From NCBI RefSeq assembly GCF_009914755.1, contig NC_060930.1: DNA of 64,000 nucleotides. The stretch is one strand, 5' to 3'. How positions within the stretch are numbered: the first letter of the stretch is position 1; the number at the start of each line of letters is the position of its first letter. The position numbers and the translations under genes are program-made. Source of the DNA: the human T2T-CHM13v2.0 reference genome, Homo sapiens. Below are positions 13,244-27,574 of this stretch, piece after piece. The notes under the pieces were generated by a model, which saw only the letters and a list, made by a program, of their open reading frames with translations, was not told the origin of the DNA and did not search any database.

Positions 13244-14150
13244 ATTTTCCAAGGTACCTCATTTAAAAAAAAAAAAAAAAAAAAACTGCCTCTCATTTGT
13301 TCCCTTAAAACGTCTCTCTCTCTCATAAAACTAAGTTATCATTGAAATATTAAACGATCTGAAGCGTCTTTTTTTTTTTCAAATAAATGTCAAAGATGGT
13401 AATAGTTTGTAAATCAGTAAATCCTCTGTCCATCTGCCCATTGTCCATGGTCCTGATAATAGAGCCAAGATGGATTTTCACATGTAAGGTGTTAGTCCAT
13501 TAATCCAGCCATTAAAAGTAGTTGGGAGATTGAAGATTAGATGGTTTCTGGAGCAACCGAATTTGCAGCTGCCACAAAACTAGATAAATAGCCACAACTG
13601 GAGTTATTTTTTGATCTCATAAACCCCAGGAATTACACACAGAATGGATTGAAAAGCAGACAAGCATCTTGTGCTATTGCAGAGACTTTTCTACCCAGGA
13701 AGTGTTGAATTTTTAAAAGAAACTTGATATTGGTGATAAAGGTATGAATGAACAACTCTCTTACTTGCCCTCGATGTTTCAAGATGCCTGGTGAAACCGA
13801 GAGGCCACATGGCATGTCCAAGGAGACATGCTTTCTGGGTTCTATATGAATAGAGATGGTTTTAGCCTGCAATTAAAAAAAAAAAAAAAAACGGTTGAAG
13901 CCTTGCTAACTTTTTCCCAGAGCATTCTGGGTTGATATTTCACAGTCAAACGTTTTGGCATGGAAAAAAAAAAAAGCATTTTAAACTCTTAGTGAATTCA
14001 AAGCTCTAAATCCAAACAATGGTGAACACATGTACATAACATTTCATGTTTTCAGAGATACGTATGCTTATTTAAGTGCCTTTCATGTTTTAATCAATGT
14101 TTGCAGAATTTATCTTAAACCTGAGATGAATTAAAAAATTTTTCTCCTTC

Positions 14151-14156
14151 AATAAA
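14151..14156 (+). terminator. Distal polyadenylation signal AATAAA
   Basis: Canonical hexamer in AT-rich context with an upstream TGTA (14031). Gives a last exon of ~5.4 kb, which fits my recollection of the annotated gene end. Confidence 0.55.
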
Positions 14157-14469
14157 AACTGCTAATGGCATAAAATGTAAATTTCAGCCTTTATAAGGTA
14201 GATATCGTCTTGGTCAACAAGATGTGTGGGGAAGGGAGGAATCGACTTGCACTCAGTGAATATGCACGTTGTGGACACCCATCTGTATAAGGATGAGGGT
14301 TTTCTGATCGTAGATACCCAGATTGCTTTCCTCAGACGTGGTTCTCAAGTTTCAATTCTACTTTAGAGCAATGCAGAAATTTAAAGTCCCTAATCCAGCA
14401 TGTTCTATATGCCACCTTTTAACACATGCACACGTGCGTGGGCACACACACACCAGCCTCACCAGAGAG

Positions 14470-15105
14470 GAACTGTGCTTGGCTACTCATAACAAAATCC
14501 CCAAATCACAGCAGCTTAGGAAAAGAAATGTCTTTTCTGTATGCAAAACAAGTGCAGAGGTAAGGCAATCCCGGGACATTGTGGTGGCTCTGCAGTGTCA
14601 TCAATGTCCTGGCTTCCTTCTCTCTGTTCTGCCATTCTTAGCACTGGCTCTCATCCTCAAGGTCACTTCATGGTCACAATACAGCTGCTACAGTGCCAGC
14701 CATCAAAGCCATATCCTTAGGTTTTCTATTAAGTACGTATGAGCTGTACATATGAGTCTAGCATATTCTTTTCCAAAAGAGAGAGACTTTCAAATGAATT
14801 TCTTTTCCTCCTGGTTCCCTCCACCTATTCTGGAGGTCTGTGTGGCATTGTAAGCTGAAAGAAGGAGAAACGGGGAGGAGCAAAATGGGTACAGACACTT
14901 ATGACTGCTCCCTTTAAAGAGCATTCCCAGAAACCCCAATCTATGATTTTTCCATGATTGAAATTAAGTCACATAACCACTGCTGGCTAAAAAGGAGGGT
15001 GGGAAGCTTGGTGTTTTAGCTGGGCACATTCCTGCTCCAAATAATATTGGAGGTCTGTTGGTCAGGAAGAAGGGGAAAATGAGCATTCACTAGATAATCA
15101 CAATA
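14470..15105. mobile_element. Old MaLR LTR (MLT1K/L-like) interrupted by duplicated segment 14722-14856
   Basis: MLT1-like motifs (tcatcctcaaggtc...atggtcacaa..agctgct; ttttagctgggcacatt...ggaagaaggggaaaatg). Confidence 0.55.
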
Positions 15106-15264
15106 GAAAATTCCATCTCCTCCATTAGTGCAAGAGTGACACCCTCCAGCTAGAGCTCTGTCATCCTTCTCTTCCCCACTAAAAAGTTCTGCCTCATCCA
15201 TCTACTGTTCTCTCCCTTTAGAGAGCATTCCTACCTGCTAAAGTAGGCTTGACCCCATCTCCTG

Positions 15265-15562
15265 CATGACCCAGGACCCAGCCCCTTCTCTCCTCCGTGA
15301 CCCAGGACCCAGCCCCTTCTCTCCTCCATGACACGGGACCCAGCCCCTTCTCTCCTCCATGACACGGGACCCAGCCCCTTCTCTCCTCCATGACCCTGGG
15401 ATTCAGCCTCTTCTCTACTCCATGACCCCGGGACCCAGCCCCTTCTCTCCTCCATGACCCAGGACCCAGACCCTTCTCTCCTCCATGACCCAGGACCCAC
15501 CCCCTTCTCTCCTCTATGACCCAGAACTCAGCTCCTTCTCTCCTCCATGACCCAGGACCCAG
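15265..15562. repeat. Minisatellite, ~31-bp unit, ~9.5 copies
   Basis: Unit catgacccaggacccagccccttctctcctc. Confidence 0.95.
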
Positions 15563-15666
15563 TTCTTTTATGATCTCTTGCATCTTCAGTTTCTTCCCAC
15601 CAGTTGTTTCCGTAGGCCACCATACCATACTGCTACTTTGAAAACAACAAAAAAAACTCATCTTCC

Positions 15667-15879
15667 TTGTCTCTCTATTCATCTTTAAGTGCTCATTCCT
15701 CTCATTGGCTTGTCTCTCTGTTCATCTTCAAGCACTCGTTCCTCTCATTGGCTTGTCTCTCTGTTCATCTTCAAGCACTCATTCCTCTCATTGGCTTGTC
15801 TCTCTGTTCATCTTTAAGCACTCATTCCTCTCATTGGCTTGTCTCTCTGTTCATCTTTAAGCGCTCATTCTTCTCATTG
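15667..15879. repeat. Minisatellite, 43-bp unit, ~5 copies
   Basis: Unit ttgtctctctgttcatctt(t/c)aagcactcattcctctcattggc. Confidence 0.95.
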
Positions 15880-17237
15880 CCAAATGTCTCAAGAGTGGCT
15901 TGCCCTCCGGTCTTCCATTTCCTCACTTCCCACTCTCTGTCAGCTTCCCTTCACTGCATGCTTCTGAAATGCACTCTCCATGATCTCCAGTGGCAAATCC
16001 TGTGGCCTGGCTGCATTCTCTTTAACATCCCTGAAGCATCTGACATGGTTGAGCACCCCATGCCCCTGGATCCGTGCAGCTGGCTGTATTGCAGGAGGCA
16101 GACAAGCATGCAGTTGGGCATCTCTAATGCTTGTGGGCAATGCTCTCTCCCTTTGGCCTCAGTGACACTGCTGTCTTTATTCCAGCTGACATCTGCTTGC
16201 AATCTGCTTCCTTCTCACATCCCACAAATGAGGACACATGGCAAGGCTCGTTTCCCTGCCCTTTGGCCTTTGCTGTCTCCTCTATTCCCCTGCAGAGACT
16301 TCACCACTCCAGTGCCTTCTACTCCTGCCTCTTCTGTGGACTCAACTCTCCAGCACCCATCACCCTCCCAAGGATTAGCCCCACAGCTGAACCAGCTGCT
16401 TGCTAGACAAAAGGAGATTTAGCCAGGAATCTGACTCCAGCTTGCCTGCAGCTAGTTCTGTAACCTCAGGCAGGTCACAGAGCCCATGGGCCTTACTTTC
16501 CTTGGCCACAAATGCGACCGCTTCTGGGCTCGCTGTGGTATGCTTGGCTCCATGTTCCCACTTACATATCCCATCACTGCCCCAAACCCAAATGCTTGAG
16601 ATTGGATTCAACATCTTTCTTCCCAAACAGGCCTTTATTTTAGTTGAAGCTTCCCCAGGAGAGCCCCAAGCTTACAACTCTGGAGAGGCCTTTGATTTCC
16701 TTACTCTGTAGATCCAATCGGGCCTCAAGCCCTGTCACTCTTCCTCTACAGGATCCACAAAATCTTTCCTTCTTCTTCACTTTATCGCCACCTTCACCAT
16801 CTAACCCAAAATGTTAGGATTGCTGCGAAGAGCTCTCCTCCTGCCAAATGTTCCTGTTCCTGCCCATCCCGTACAACCCAGGCACGTGTCTTCCCAGCCA
16901 TCGCCAGGCCCATGTCAGATCCCAGGTGTCAGATCATCCACAGCTTTTTCTTCCCCATGTGCCCCTCAGACCAGCATCTAAAGCTTCCATAATCTGGCCC
17001 CAAATGGTTTCCATTCTTCTTTTCCCTTCTCCCTGTCTCCCTCTCTGGCAATTCAGCCTCCTCCCTCCCTGGCAGAACCCACCAGGCGCTTCCCACCCTC
17101 CGCGTCTCCCTCTGCCCCTCTCTGCCTCTCTCCGCTTGTCTAAGTCCTTCCTGCCTCCCCATTACTAACACGTTTCATAGGCGTTGAGGGCCCCCTTTCC
17201 TCTGAATTCCTCAAATACTTGCTCCGTCACATATTTC

Positions 17238-17430
17238 TTCAAAATTGAGATATAATTCACATACCATGAGATTAGCCCTTTAAAAATGTACAATTCCGTG
17301 TTTTTAGTATAGTCGCAAGGTTGTGCAGACATCACCACTAACCCAGAACATTTCCCTCACACATTTCATCCTTTTTCTAGACCACCTACTGTAGTTTCTG
17401 TCTTCATGTGAATGTCCTGTCTCCCAGTAA
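17238..17430 (-). mobile_element. L1M 3' end fragment
   Basis: aaaattgagatataattcacatacca...aaggttgtgca..catcaccacta...ccagaacattt motif. Confidence 0.65.
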
Positions 17431-17540
17431 CGCCTGAAAGCACCGTGATGGCTCCAGGGTTTTTGCTGTGGCACAGTGCCAGGCAGGCTTCTGCACCACC
17501 GGGGATCGTCAGTGCTCGAGAAGGGGGAGGAAGAGGCGAT

Positions 17541-17675
17541 GAGGGTAACAGAAACAGCCTCTAAGGCATTGAGGACCCAAACTCCGCCAGGGACCTCAGG
17601 GGGAGGTGGAGGTGACGAGGGTAACAGAGACAACGTCTAAGGCATTGAGGACCCAAACTCCCCCAGGGACCTCAT
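17541..17675. repeat. Two-copy tandem duplication (~76-bp period)
   Basis: gagggtaacaga.aca...tctaaggcattgaggacccaaactcc.ccagggacctca occurs twice. Confidence 0.85.
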
Positions 17676-17916
17676 GCTGACACCTGAGGGCCTCAGAGAA
17701 AAGCCCCCCTCCCTTATACTCCCCTCTATGTCCAACTGTGAGGGAAGGCTGCTGCTGTGACGTGAGTCCCTGTGTGGAGTTCAGCTGAGCCAGGAGCCAG
17801 TGCTACCCGGTGCTATGAGACCTCCTCACTCACCTTTGCAAGCCATCTGACACTCCCTGTCTCTTCTTGTGGATAATTTGGGATAAAATTGGGGTCTTAA
17901 GGCAATTAAGATTTCA

Positions 17917-18290
<374 letters not shown>

Positions 18291-19208
18291 ATCAATAGTA
18301 GGATAACTTGGATTATTTGCAGATTGCATGCTTTAAAAATAATTTTAAAATAAAAACCTATTAGCCAGTTCCATTAACAAACACCTGTTGGACATGTGAC
18401 ATAGTATTTGTTCTGAGTAATGGGCATTGCTCTTTGTACTATAAGCTGTAATACATATATGTTTTATAACACATGTGAAATGTTCATACTGCATTTTCTC
18501 TGGCAAAATAGATGACGCATACTCTCTACCAACAGATTACATTCCATAAATTGGCTTGGAACTTGGAATATATTTTTCCCATGGAAACAAAAATAGTAAA
18601 TGGCTTTTAGACCCTACACCAGTTCACAAAATAGTTTACCTGAAATAATATTAATAGTCCTAGGACCTAAGCAACCCTAAGCATTCCTGAACCCCTAAAC
18701 TTCTTTGAGTTCTGAGCCCTGAGCCTGGGTCTAAGACCCTCCAGCCCCAGAACCCCCTGGAGAATGGACTCCCCAGCCACTGCTATTTCTACCTCACTAC
18801 CAGATAGATTAAATCCATCTTAAGAAACATGGAGCTCATCTGATTTCTTTAAAATCTCTACAAACAAACAAGAAAACAAAGAAAGCCTTAAATTTTCTAA
18901 TTCCAGAGATTTCAAAATCTTTCAAATCTCCCTTATAATGTATTTAAGGATCTCTTAAGGAACGAACATTTCCTTTTTCTTGAAAGCCTATCGGAATTTC
19001 AGCTGAGATGATTTTCTGCCAGAAATTCTAGATAACTCTGCAGCTAAATCCAACTTGAGTAAACATGGATGACTCAGTGGGGACTGACACATTTTTGTTG
19101 TTAATATCCTGGATCAAAACATGCAGTATGCTTTGAAATATGCCTAGGTGACACATGTTGAAAAAAATTATTATTATTTTGTGAAGCCTTTTAGAAAGCT
19201 TTCCTTGA

Positions 19209-19607
<399 letters not shown>

Positions 19608-19610
19608 TGA

Positions 19611-19760
<150 letters not shown>

Positions 19761-22700
19761 TAATCAGTTGGGTCAGTGTGGCAGCTGTGCTAGAAAACAC
19801 ACTTTCTGGAGATAATGAGAACAGATGGCTTCAGAGGCCACCAAGGGTTGTTTCCAACCCATCTTCTCATGGAAATGCCAAATAGGGTTCACCATGTGCC
19901 TGGATAACAACCGCAGGTCGGCAGTGCTGAGGCCACGGTGAGGCCCTGTCAGCTGATGCTCTGCTACCTATCAGGACTCCTGGTTCCTTGCCTTCTGCAG
20001 CTGTCCTCCTAAGATCTAGGTGAACATTGACTTTATGCAATAAAACGCAATCCCAGAGCATGATGAGCGGTAACTGAACGTGTAAATGTGAAGGGCCCTT
20101 TTATGAAGCACAGAAACCACCTCCAGTTCACCTGCAACGCTGTTGTGGATCTCTCTGCCTGTCCCCCAGGCTTCTCAAGGCACCCCTCCCTTCCATAACA
20201 TACAGGATGTTAACTAGGAACCTCATGAAAGGGAGCCGGTCACCTCTGGACATGTCGGCTCCCCTGTGATGGGAACTTCCTCCTGACCAATGGGGTTCTG
20301 TATGTTCTCAGGAACTGACACGTGAGCTTCCAGCTGATGTGGCTGAATTCTGCATTATTAATTTCTGCATTATTAGAAATTCTGCATGATCAGAAAGAAG
20401 GGACTGGCATTCATTCCCACCAAACACCTCCTTGTCAGTTCATCCTGCTCAGCATCTGCTCTGAGAGGTCTTCCGCAGGCCCCTTCTTCAGCACCCGTCA
20501 CCTGCCAGGGAGGAGACGAGTCGCTTGGAAGTGTTTAGGGGGATGGTGCTTTTTCTAAGAGGGGAGCAGAAGAGCTTTTTCTTTTTTTTAACAGAATCTG
20601 CTTCCATTTTTGTAACCCATGGTAACAAGCTGAACTACATTCAACGCTCAGTGTTTTATGTAAAAGCCAATGAGTGCCCATATAACCCACAAGAAGACAC
20701 CAGATATGATCTGCCTCTAGACTGGATGCTGAGGCGGTTTGCAGCAGCAAGCGAGGATGAGGGTGCCCTGGAGCAGAGGCAGGGGAGCAGCAAAGCCAGG
20801 ACCATGCCCTCAAGTCACCCCAGACTGAGCAATCTCCGCCATGGGGCGCAGGCATACCCTGGGAATCCCACGTGGAGAGTTGCTCCTGACTCACAGGCCT
20901 GGGCCACCCCTGACCACGATGGGGAGGATAAGCAGTGATGCCCTCATGTGAATATCTCAGGGTTTTGACATTTTTATTCTAAGAAATAAAAGGAGAAAAC
21001 TCCCTGCTTAGTCGAGTCACAGAAAGAGCATAATGACTTCTGCACATGCCCATGATCTGTAGACCTCAGCCCAGCCGGCCCTGGCTCTGGATGCTCACAC
21101 AGGAATCTTGTTCAAGGTCCCTCCAGTGGCAGGAAATCGCTTTAAAGACCACCTAACTGGGTGTCCCACCTCAGATCCATGCCCTCCACGGGTCATAAAA
21201 CCAGTGTAGTGGGCGCAAACCACTGTCTTCTTTCTAGATAGAAGGGGTGAGAACAGAAGGATGAGAATAGGAAATGCCAAACTGCTTTGCCTGGAACAAG
21301 GAGAAACAGGTCCTGGGTCATGACATAGATATATTTTCTTATCATGGTCAAAAAGAAAATCTGAAAAAACTGTTCAGTTCACCCATTCCTGCCCCAGCTT
21401 ACAAAAGAGAACCCTGGAAACCAGAGAGCTGAGAGGTCATATCCAAGGTCACAGAGGTGGCCGGGACAGAGATGGCACAGAGTGGAGGTCAGCCCTTCTC
21501 GAACCATGAGTGATAAAGAACAGTGTTCACTGTTTTAAAAAATTCCTATTCATTGCACATTAGTACTTGTATAAAATATAATTTTTAAATTACTGGGGAA
21601 AAAATTTAAATAGGTAACGAAAAGTCCCACTGTTTCATGATTAGATGTATTAGACATACTCTGTCCAATTGCCGTAGCTGTTTCTAAACACATACGCCAT
21701 CTCTGTATTATCTCATCGGGGACCAGGATCAAACAGTTGCATGGTGCCGAGCTGCACTTGCTTTGAGTAGCCTCGTGTGCAGTGGAGGATTAACCGTGTC
21801 CTTAGAGAGGACTGGCTTCTGTCCTCTGCTAGTCATCTTTAAGCCCTTGCAACTGTCTGTGTGGTAAGAGTCTCTCTGCTTATCTGGGGGGTTGGACCGG
21901 CCAGGCAGTCTGTGCTGGCCATGTGGGTTATGGCCCCAAGGATCAGCTTGGTCTCTGGAGGGGCTGCAGGCCCAGGCCAGTGGTAGAGATAGCCAACCTG
22001 TCCCCATGACCCACCCCAATGAAAACTCCAGGCCTGAGGCTTGGGTGAGCTTTTCTGGTTGGCACTATTCCATGCCTGTTGTCTCATCATTGCAGGCAGA
22101 GATGGGCCCTGTCCACACAGCCCCTCTGAGAAAGGACAGCCAGAGGCTCTGCACCGGCATCTCAGACTCCACCCTGTGTGCCTCTTGCTTTGGTTGACTT
22201 TGATCTGGATAACTTTCACCGTAATAGAACTGCACATAGAAAGGCTCTTCGGAGTTCTGTGAGTCCTACTAGCCAATCATCAAACTGAGGGTGGTTGTGG
22301 GGAGCCCCAACCTTACACTGGGTGTCAGAATTGAGGGTGGCCTTGGGGACTCCTGAACTTTGCACCCTGGTACAGGCAACTGCTCCCAAACTGTGTTCTG
22401 AGGGTCCCCTAATGATTCCCCAAATCTGTCATCTCTCCCACCCACAAGCCAGAGCCTCTAAAATGCTGTGGTGCAGACACTGAGGGTCTTGCTCGTAGAG
22501 AAGCATGTTATCTGAGGGCTGGGGGGTCGCCAGACATTACAACTTTAGCAACCTTTTTAAAAAATGGTATCAACCAGCAAAGAGCAAGAAGCAGAGGGCA
22601 AGTAGGTCTTAGTAGGAAAATGAAGAACAGCTGACAGGATAAATCACTGTAAACATAAAGCTAATTCCCTTAAGTGCCATTCTAGACCTAGACCAATTTG

Positions 22701-22889
22701 TTAGCTTAAAAAAAAAAAAAAAGAGAGAAGAAAACATGGCTTATACTTTGGTTTGCTCTGAACACTGGCAAATTTAACATACTCAGAAATATTTAAAATT
22801 AGGAGTAATAAAGAGAGTTGTTTGGGATTTTTCCTCCTAATTTTCTAGGGAAAATGATAAAATCCTTAGCTAAAGAAATACATTGTTGT

Positions 22890-23585
<696 letters not shown>

Positions 23586-24150
23586 TCAGCAATGTAAGAT
23601 GTTAACTAAGAGCAAGAAGCAGAGGTGCTTGGGTTTGGGTAAAACCCTGAGCTTGGAGTGGGGGAGGGAGGCGGTCCTGCAGCCTGCTAGGTGTGGGAGC
23701 CACACATCCATTCTCTCAACACCACTTCTTGAAAACCGCTCTTGTCTTCTCATTGTTTGAAGACATGGCGGATTGCTTGGTTGTGAACTAAGAGCTAAGC
23801 CACACTCAGTGGAGGAAGCCTCGGAACCCTGTGGTTGTGCACACCCAGGAGACCTGTGTGGACACCTGTGTGGCTCCCCTTGCATAAGGAATTGTTTCCA
23901 ACTCAGGTTCTTCAGGATCTGAAAACTACTGTCGTGAAGGTCACGTGCCAACAACAAGAAACCAGGGACATCCTGTAGGATATGAATGGGCAGTGAGGCG
24001 GGACCGCAGGGGGCATTTCAGAACTCCCCACATGACAAGGAAGTAGCTTCTGTGGGCCCCGATCTCCATCACTCTCGGCTTCTCCCACCTCCCCTGTGCC
24101 CAAGCCTGTTGGCAGCAGAGCGGAGGCGATGCCTCCAACGTCCTTCAAAG

Positions 24151-24334
24151 CAGCAGGTCTCAAATGTTGGGGCATGAGAATCACCCGGAGGACTGGAGAG
24201 AACACAGGTTGCTGGGCCCACCCACAGAGTTTCTGATTCATAGGTTTGGGATGAGGCCTGAGAATGTGCATTTCTAATACGGCTCCAGGTGAAATCGATG
24301 GCACAGGTTTGGGAACATACTTTGAGAACCACCG
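24151..24334. mobile_element. MER5A-like hAT-Charlie DNA transposon (MITE)
   Basis: cag..gtctcaaa...gaatcacc...gtttctgattca...gcctgagaat.tgcatttctaa...ctttgagaaccac.g, with terminal inverted ends. Confidence 0.8.
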
Positions 24335-25398
24335 CTATAAAGAGTGGCAGGTTGGTCTGTTTCCGTGGACAGGGAAAGAGACGGCAGGTAGTCAGAGTGA
24401 TGGAGTCCCTGGGAAGAGGAGGAAGACAAGGGGGATGGATGCCAAGGCCACTTACATCCATCACCACGTCAGGGCTTTGCACCGAGGTTGTGTAACTGTT
24501 GGCCTAGCCAGACCTCACCATGGGGAAACCAAGCAGGAGGAAGACTCCACTTCTCTGTCTTTCTCAGTGGGTACTGAGTAACACAGTGGGCCACGTGTTG
24601 GCCAGGTGCTGAGAATCCACAGGTGAACCTGACCCTGTCCCAGACTCCTGACTCCTCAAGGAGCTAAACAGCCTTCAAATTAAAAAGCCTCAAATCAGCA
24701 GATAACCCAACAGCGACCAGTTGATACTCAGGCAGCAGTCAGCCCGTCGGCGAGTGCTGGAAACGCAGGATTTACACTGATGACGTACACAGTGTGTGCC
24801 ACTTGGGCCTGGGAGGATTGACAGCACGGTCACAGACGGTCATCCTTACAGGATTCGCACCAGGTACCCCCTCGATTCTTTGCTGTGCCACCACCCTCCA
24901 CTCACTGAGTCGGGGCCCCTCTTGGGGATACTGGCACAGCCCAGAAGATAGAAGCTGATTCTTACCTGGAGCTGCCAGCAGGCTTTTGTTAAGCCAGAAC
25001 AGAGACAGTAACAGGAAGAGAAAAGCCCCTTTGAGTCTGCGTATAAATAAAGACCTGGAAGGGTACCAGCAGCCAGTTTCCTTCCACCACCCAGAGAACA
25101 GCTGAGAATTCTGTCCGGACTGAGGGAAGGAGATTTCCCAATGGCAGATGGCAACCAGAGAGGAAAGCCTGCCCCCTCCAGGGGTTTTGGAGGAATCCGA
25201 GAGCAGAGGGATGGGACTGTGCCTCTTGGGTCGAGTCTAAGGACACAGCTCGTCTCCCAGCTGGCATGAGAGCAGCTAGTGGAAATCAAGGCAGGCCAGG
25301 TAACGGCCGAGAAACAGAGGGAGCCCCGTCACCAGCTCCCAGCCGCTCTGTCCAAAGCCCCAGACAGGCAGAGAAGAGCAGCTGGAAGTGTCCTGTGC

Positions 25399-25614
25399 CC
25401 TGAGCCGCGCCCAGAGGTGCACTCGTGTACAAAGCAGGGAAAAGGTCCTCCCCACCGCTCCTTCCTTCTCCCTGAGCCACGCCCAGAGGTGCACTCGTGT
25501 ACAAATCAGGGAAAAGGTCCTCCCCACTGCTCCTTCCTTCTCCCTGAGCCACGCCCAGAGGCGCCCTTGGGTACAAATCAGGGAAAGGGTCCTCACCACT
25601 GCTCCTTCCTTCTC
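25399..25614. repeat. Minisatellite, 72-bp unit x3
   Basis: Unit cctgagcc(g/a)cgcccagaggtgcactcgtgtacaaa.cagggaaaaggtcctcccca..gctccttccttctc. Confidence 0.92.
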
Positions 25615-27090
25615 TTGGGGAAATGTCCTAATAGGCTGATTTTTGTAAGAGGACAGCACGTTGCTACTATAGGCACAAAATCTTCTGAGCCAACACACAG
25701 ATCCGTGATGTCTACTGTGTGAGCAGCACCTGGGGGCCGTGGGGGGTCCCTTCTCCACAGAGGCCACCGAGCTGAAGGTGATCAAGGACCAAGGCGTCTT
25801 CTCAGATGAAGGGAAGCACACACAGCCCAGGATGAGAGGGAAGCTCTAACTCAATAAACGAAATGGCTTAGACAAGGTTACCTAGAAATGCCTGCACCGA
25901 TGCTTCCCACACAGCGTGGAGCATGGGGACTCAGAGCTGGAAATCAAGTAGTTATCAAAAGCAAGCTTTTTCTCACCACGTGTGTGACTGTCACATTCAT
26001 AATTGTCATAAAGAGGCACTTGGTCCCTGGCCACGTGGAGTGTCTACCTCAGTAGTCTGTGGGGCCATCCCAGGGCAAAAGTGGCTGCTGCCCACATCTC
26101 CAGCCTCTGCGCCTCACATGCACCCCCCGCAACACCGACTTGCTCCTGGGGCCTGGAACCCCCTTCCCAGTGCCACGTGCTCACACCCTCTGCCCAAGTT
26201 ACTGTCTCTCCTGAGCACTGTCCAGCCCCTTGCTTTGCTTTTTGACTCTTCATGGCAGTTTTTGCTTGCTGATATTATATGCAATGTTGAAGTTGTTTAT
26301 ATTCTGTCTTCCCTAATAGAATATGTAACTTCCATTTGAAAACAAGGACTTTGTCTTGAATCAGGGGATCTGTTTCCCAGTGCCTCGAGCACTACCTGGT
26401 GCAGAGTAGATGCTCAATGTTTACGGAATGGATGAAGATCTTCATTTAGAGGAAACTCTACCTTGCGGCGAGCCAACTGCTCCCTGCCGCCATTCAGAAG
26501 CTGTGTTTGCTGTTCTTGTCCGGCCAGCCTTGGCTCCAACTTGAGAAAGCCCATCAGGGTGTCATTTCCCTACTGAGCTCACCCCAGTTCAAGAAATACC
26601 AATATCCTGCGTTTGCGAGAAGGATCTTACTTTTCTCTAGTTTATGGATTTTTTTTTTTAGCACGGTCATCATAATTGCTTGGGCCCAATGCTGTGTAAA
26701 TGCTCCTAGCTAGTTTGAGCTCCAAAAAAAAAAAAAAAAAAAAAAGCAGCAGCAGCCAGTGGGAGAATGAAAAGAAATGGCTGTCTTCCATCTCCATTTT
26801 AAAGCAGGAGGAGCTCGCCATCATCACCGCCACCCAACGAGGGGAAATATTGAGCAGACGATTCACCAGATGCTGAGCAGACTGCAGTTACCATGGAGTC
26901 GGAGCGGTGACAGACAGTTGCTGTCTGTCCAGGATTCATGGGTGGTGACAGCACAGTGGGATAGCCCAGCCCTCGGGTCCCCTTCCACCCCCACACCCTT
27001 CTCGACTTCTGCCACCTGGTTAAGGCCCTTTCATGACTCATTGTCCACTGGCACTCAAGGAGAGGGGAATAAATAACCTTAAATCAGCCT

Positions 27091-27371
<281 letters not shown>

Positions 27372-27574
27372 TAAATCTGCCTTTTAAAATGAGCATGGCA
27401 GCAGCTGTGGTCCCAGCTATGAGGAGTAAAGAGATAAGGTTCACATTTTCCCTAAAAGGATATTTGGGATAATCCCTGGCTAGACCAGAAGCTCTCTCTG
27501 GGCAGGAATCTGTGCTCCATAAACATTTGCAGAATGCAAAGGAGTGAATGAGCCTCCCCATCTGCAGGCCCTCA

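Larger units (their letters stand above)
9147..14175 (+). other. ZDHHC14: ZDHHC14 3' UTR (short form to ~9965, long form to ~14175)
   Basis: Follows the stop codon. AATAAA at 9941 and 14151; no Alu in this interval. End points are estimated. Confidence 0.65.

Noticed and set aside
15218-16422. ORFs of 154 aa (-) and 251 aa (+)
   Set aside because: They are driven by the 31-bp and 43-bp minisatellites and degenerate L2-like sequence.
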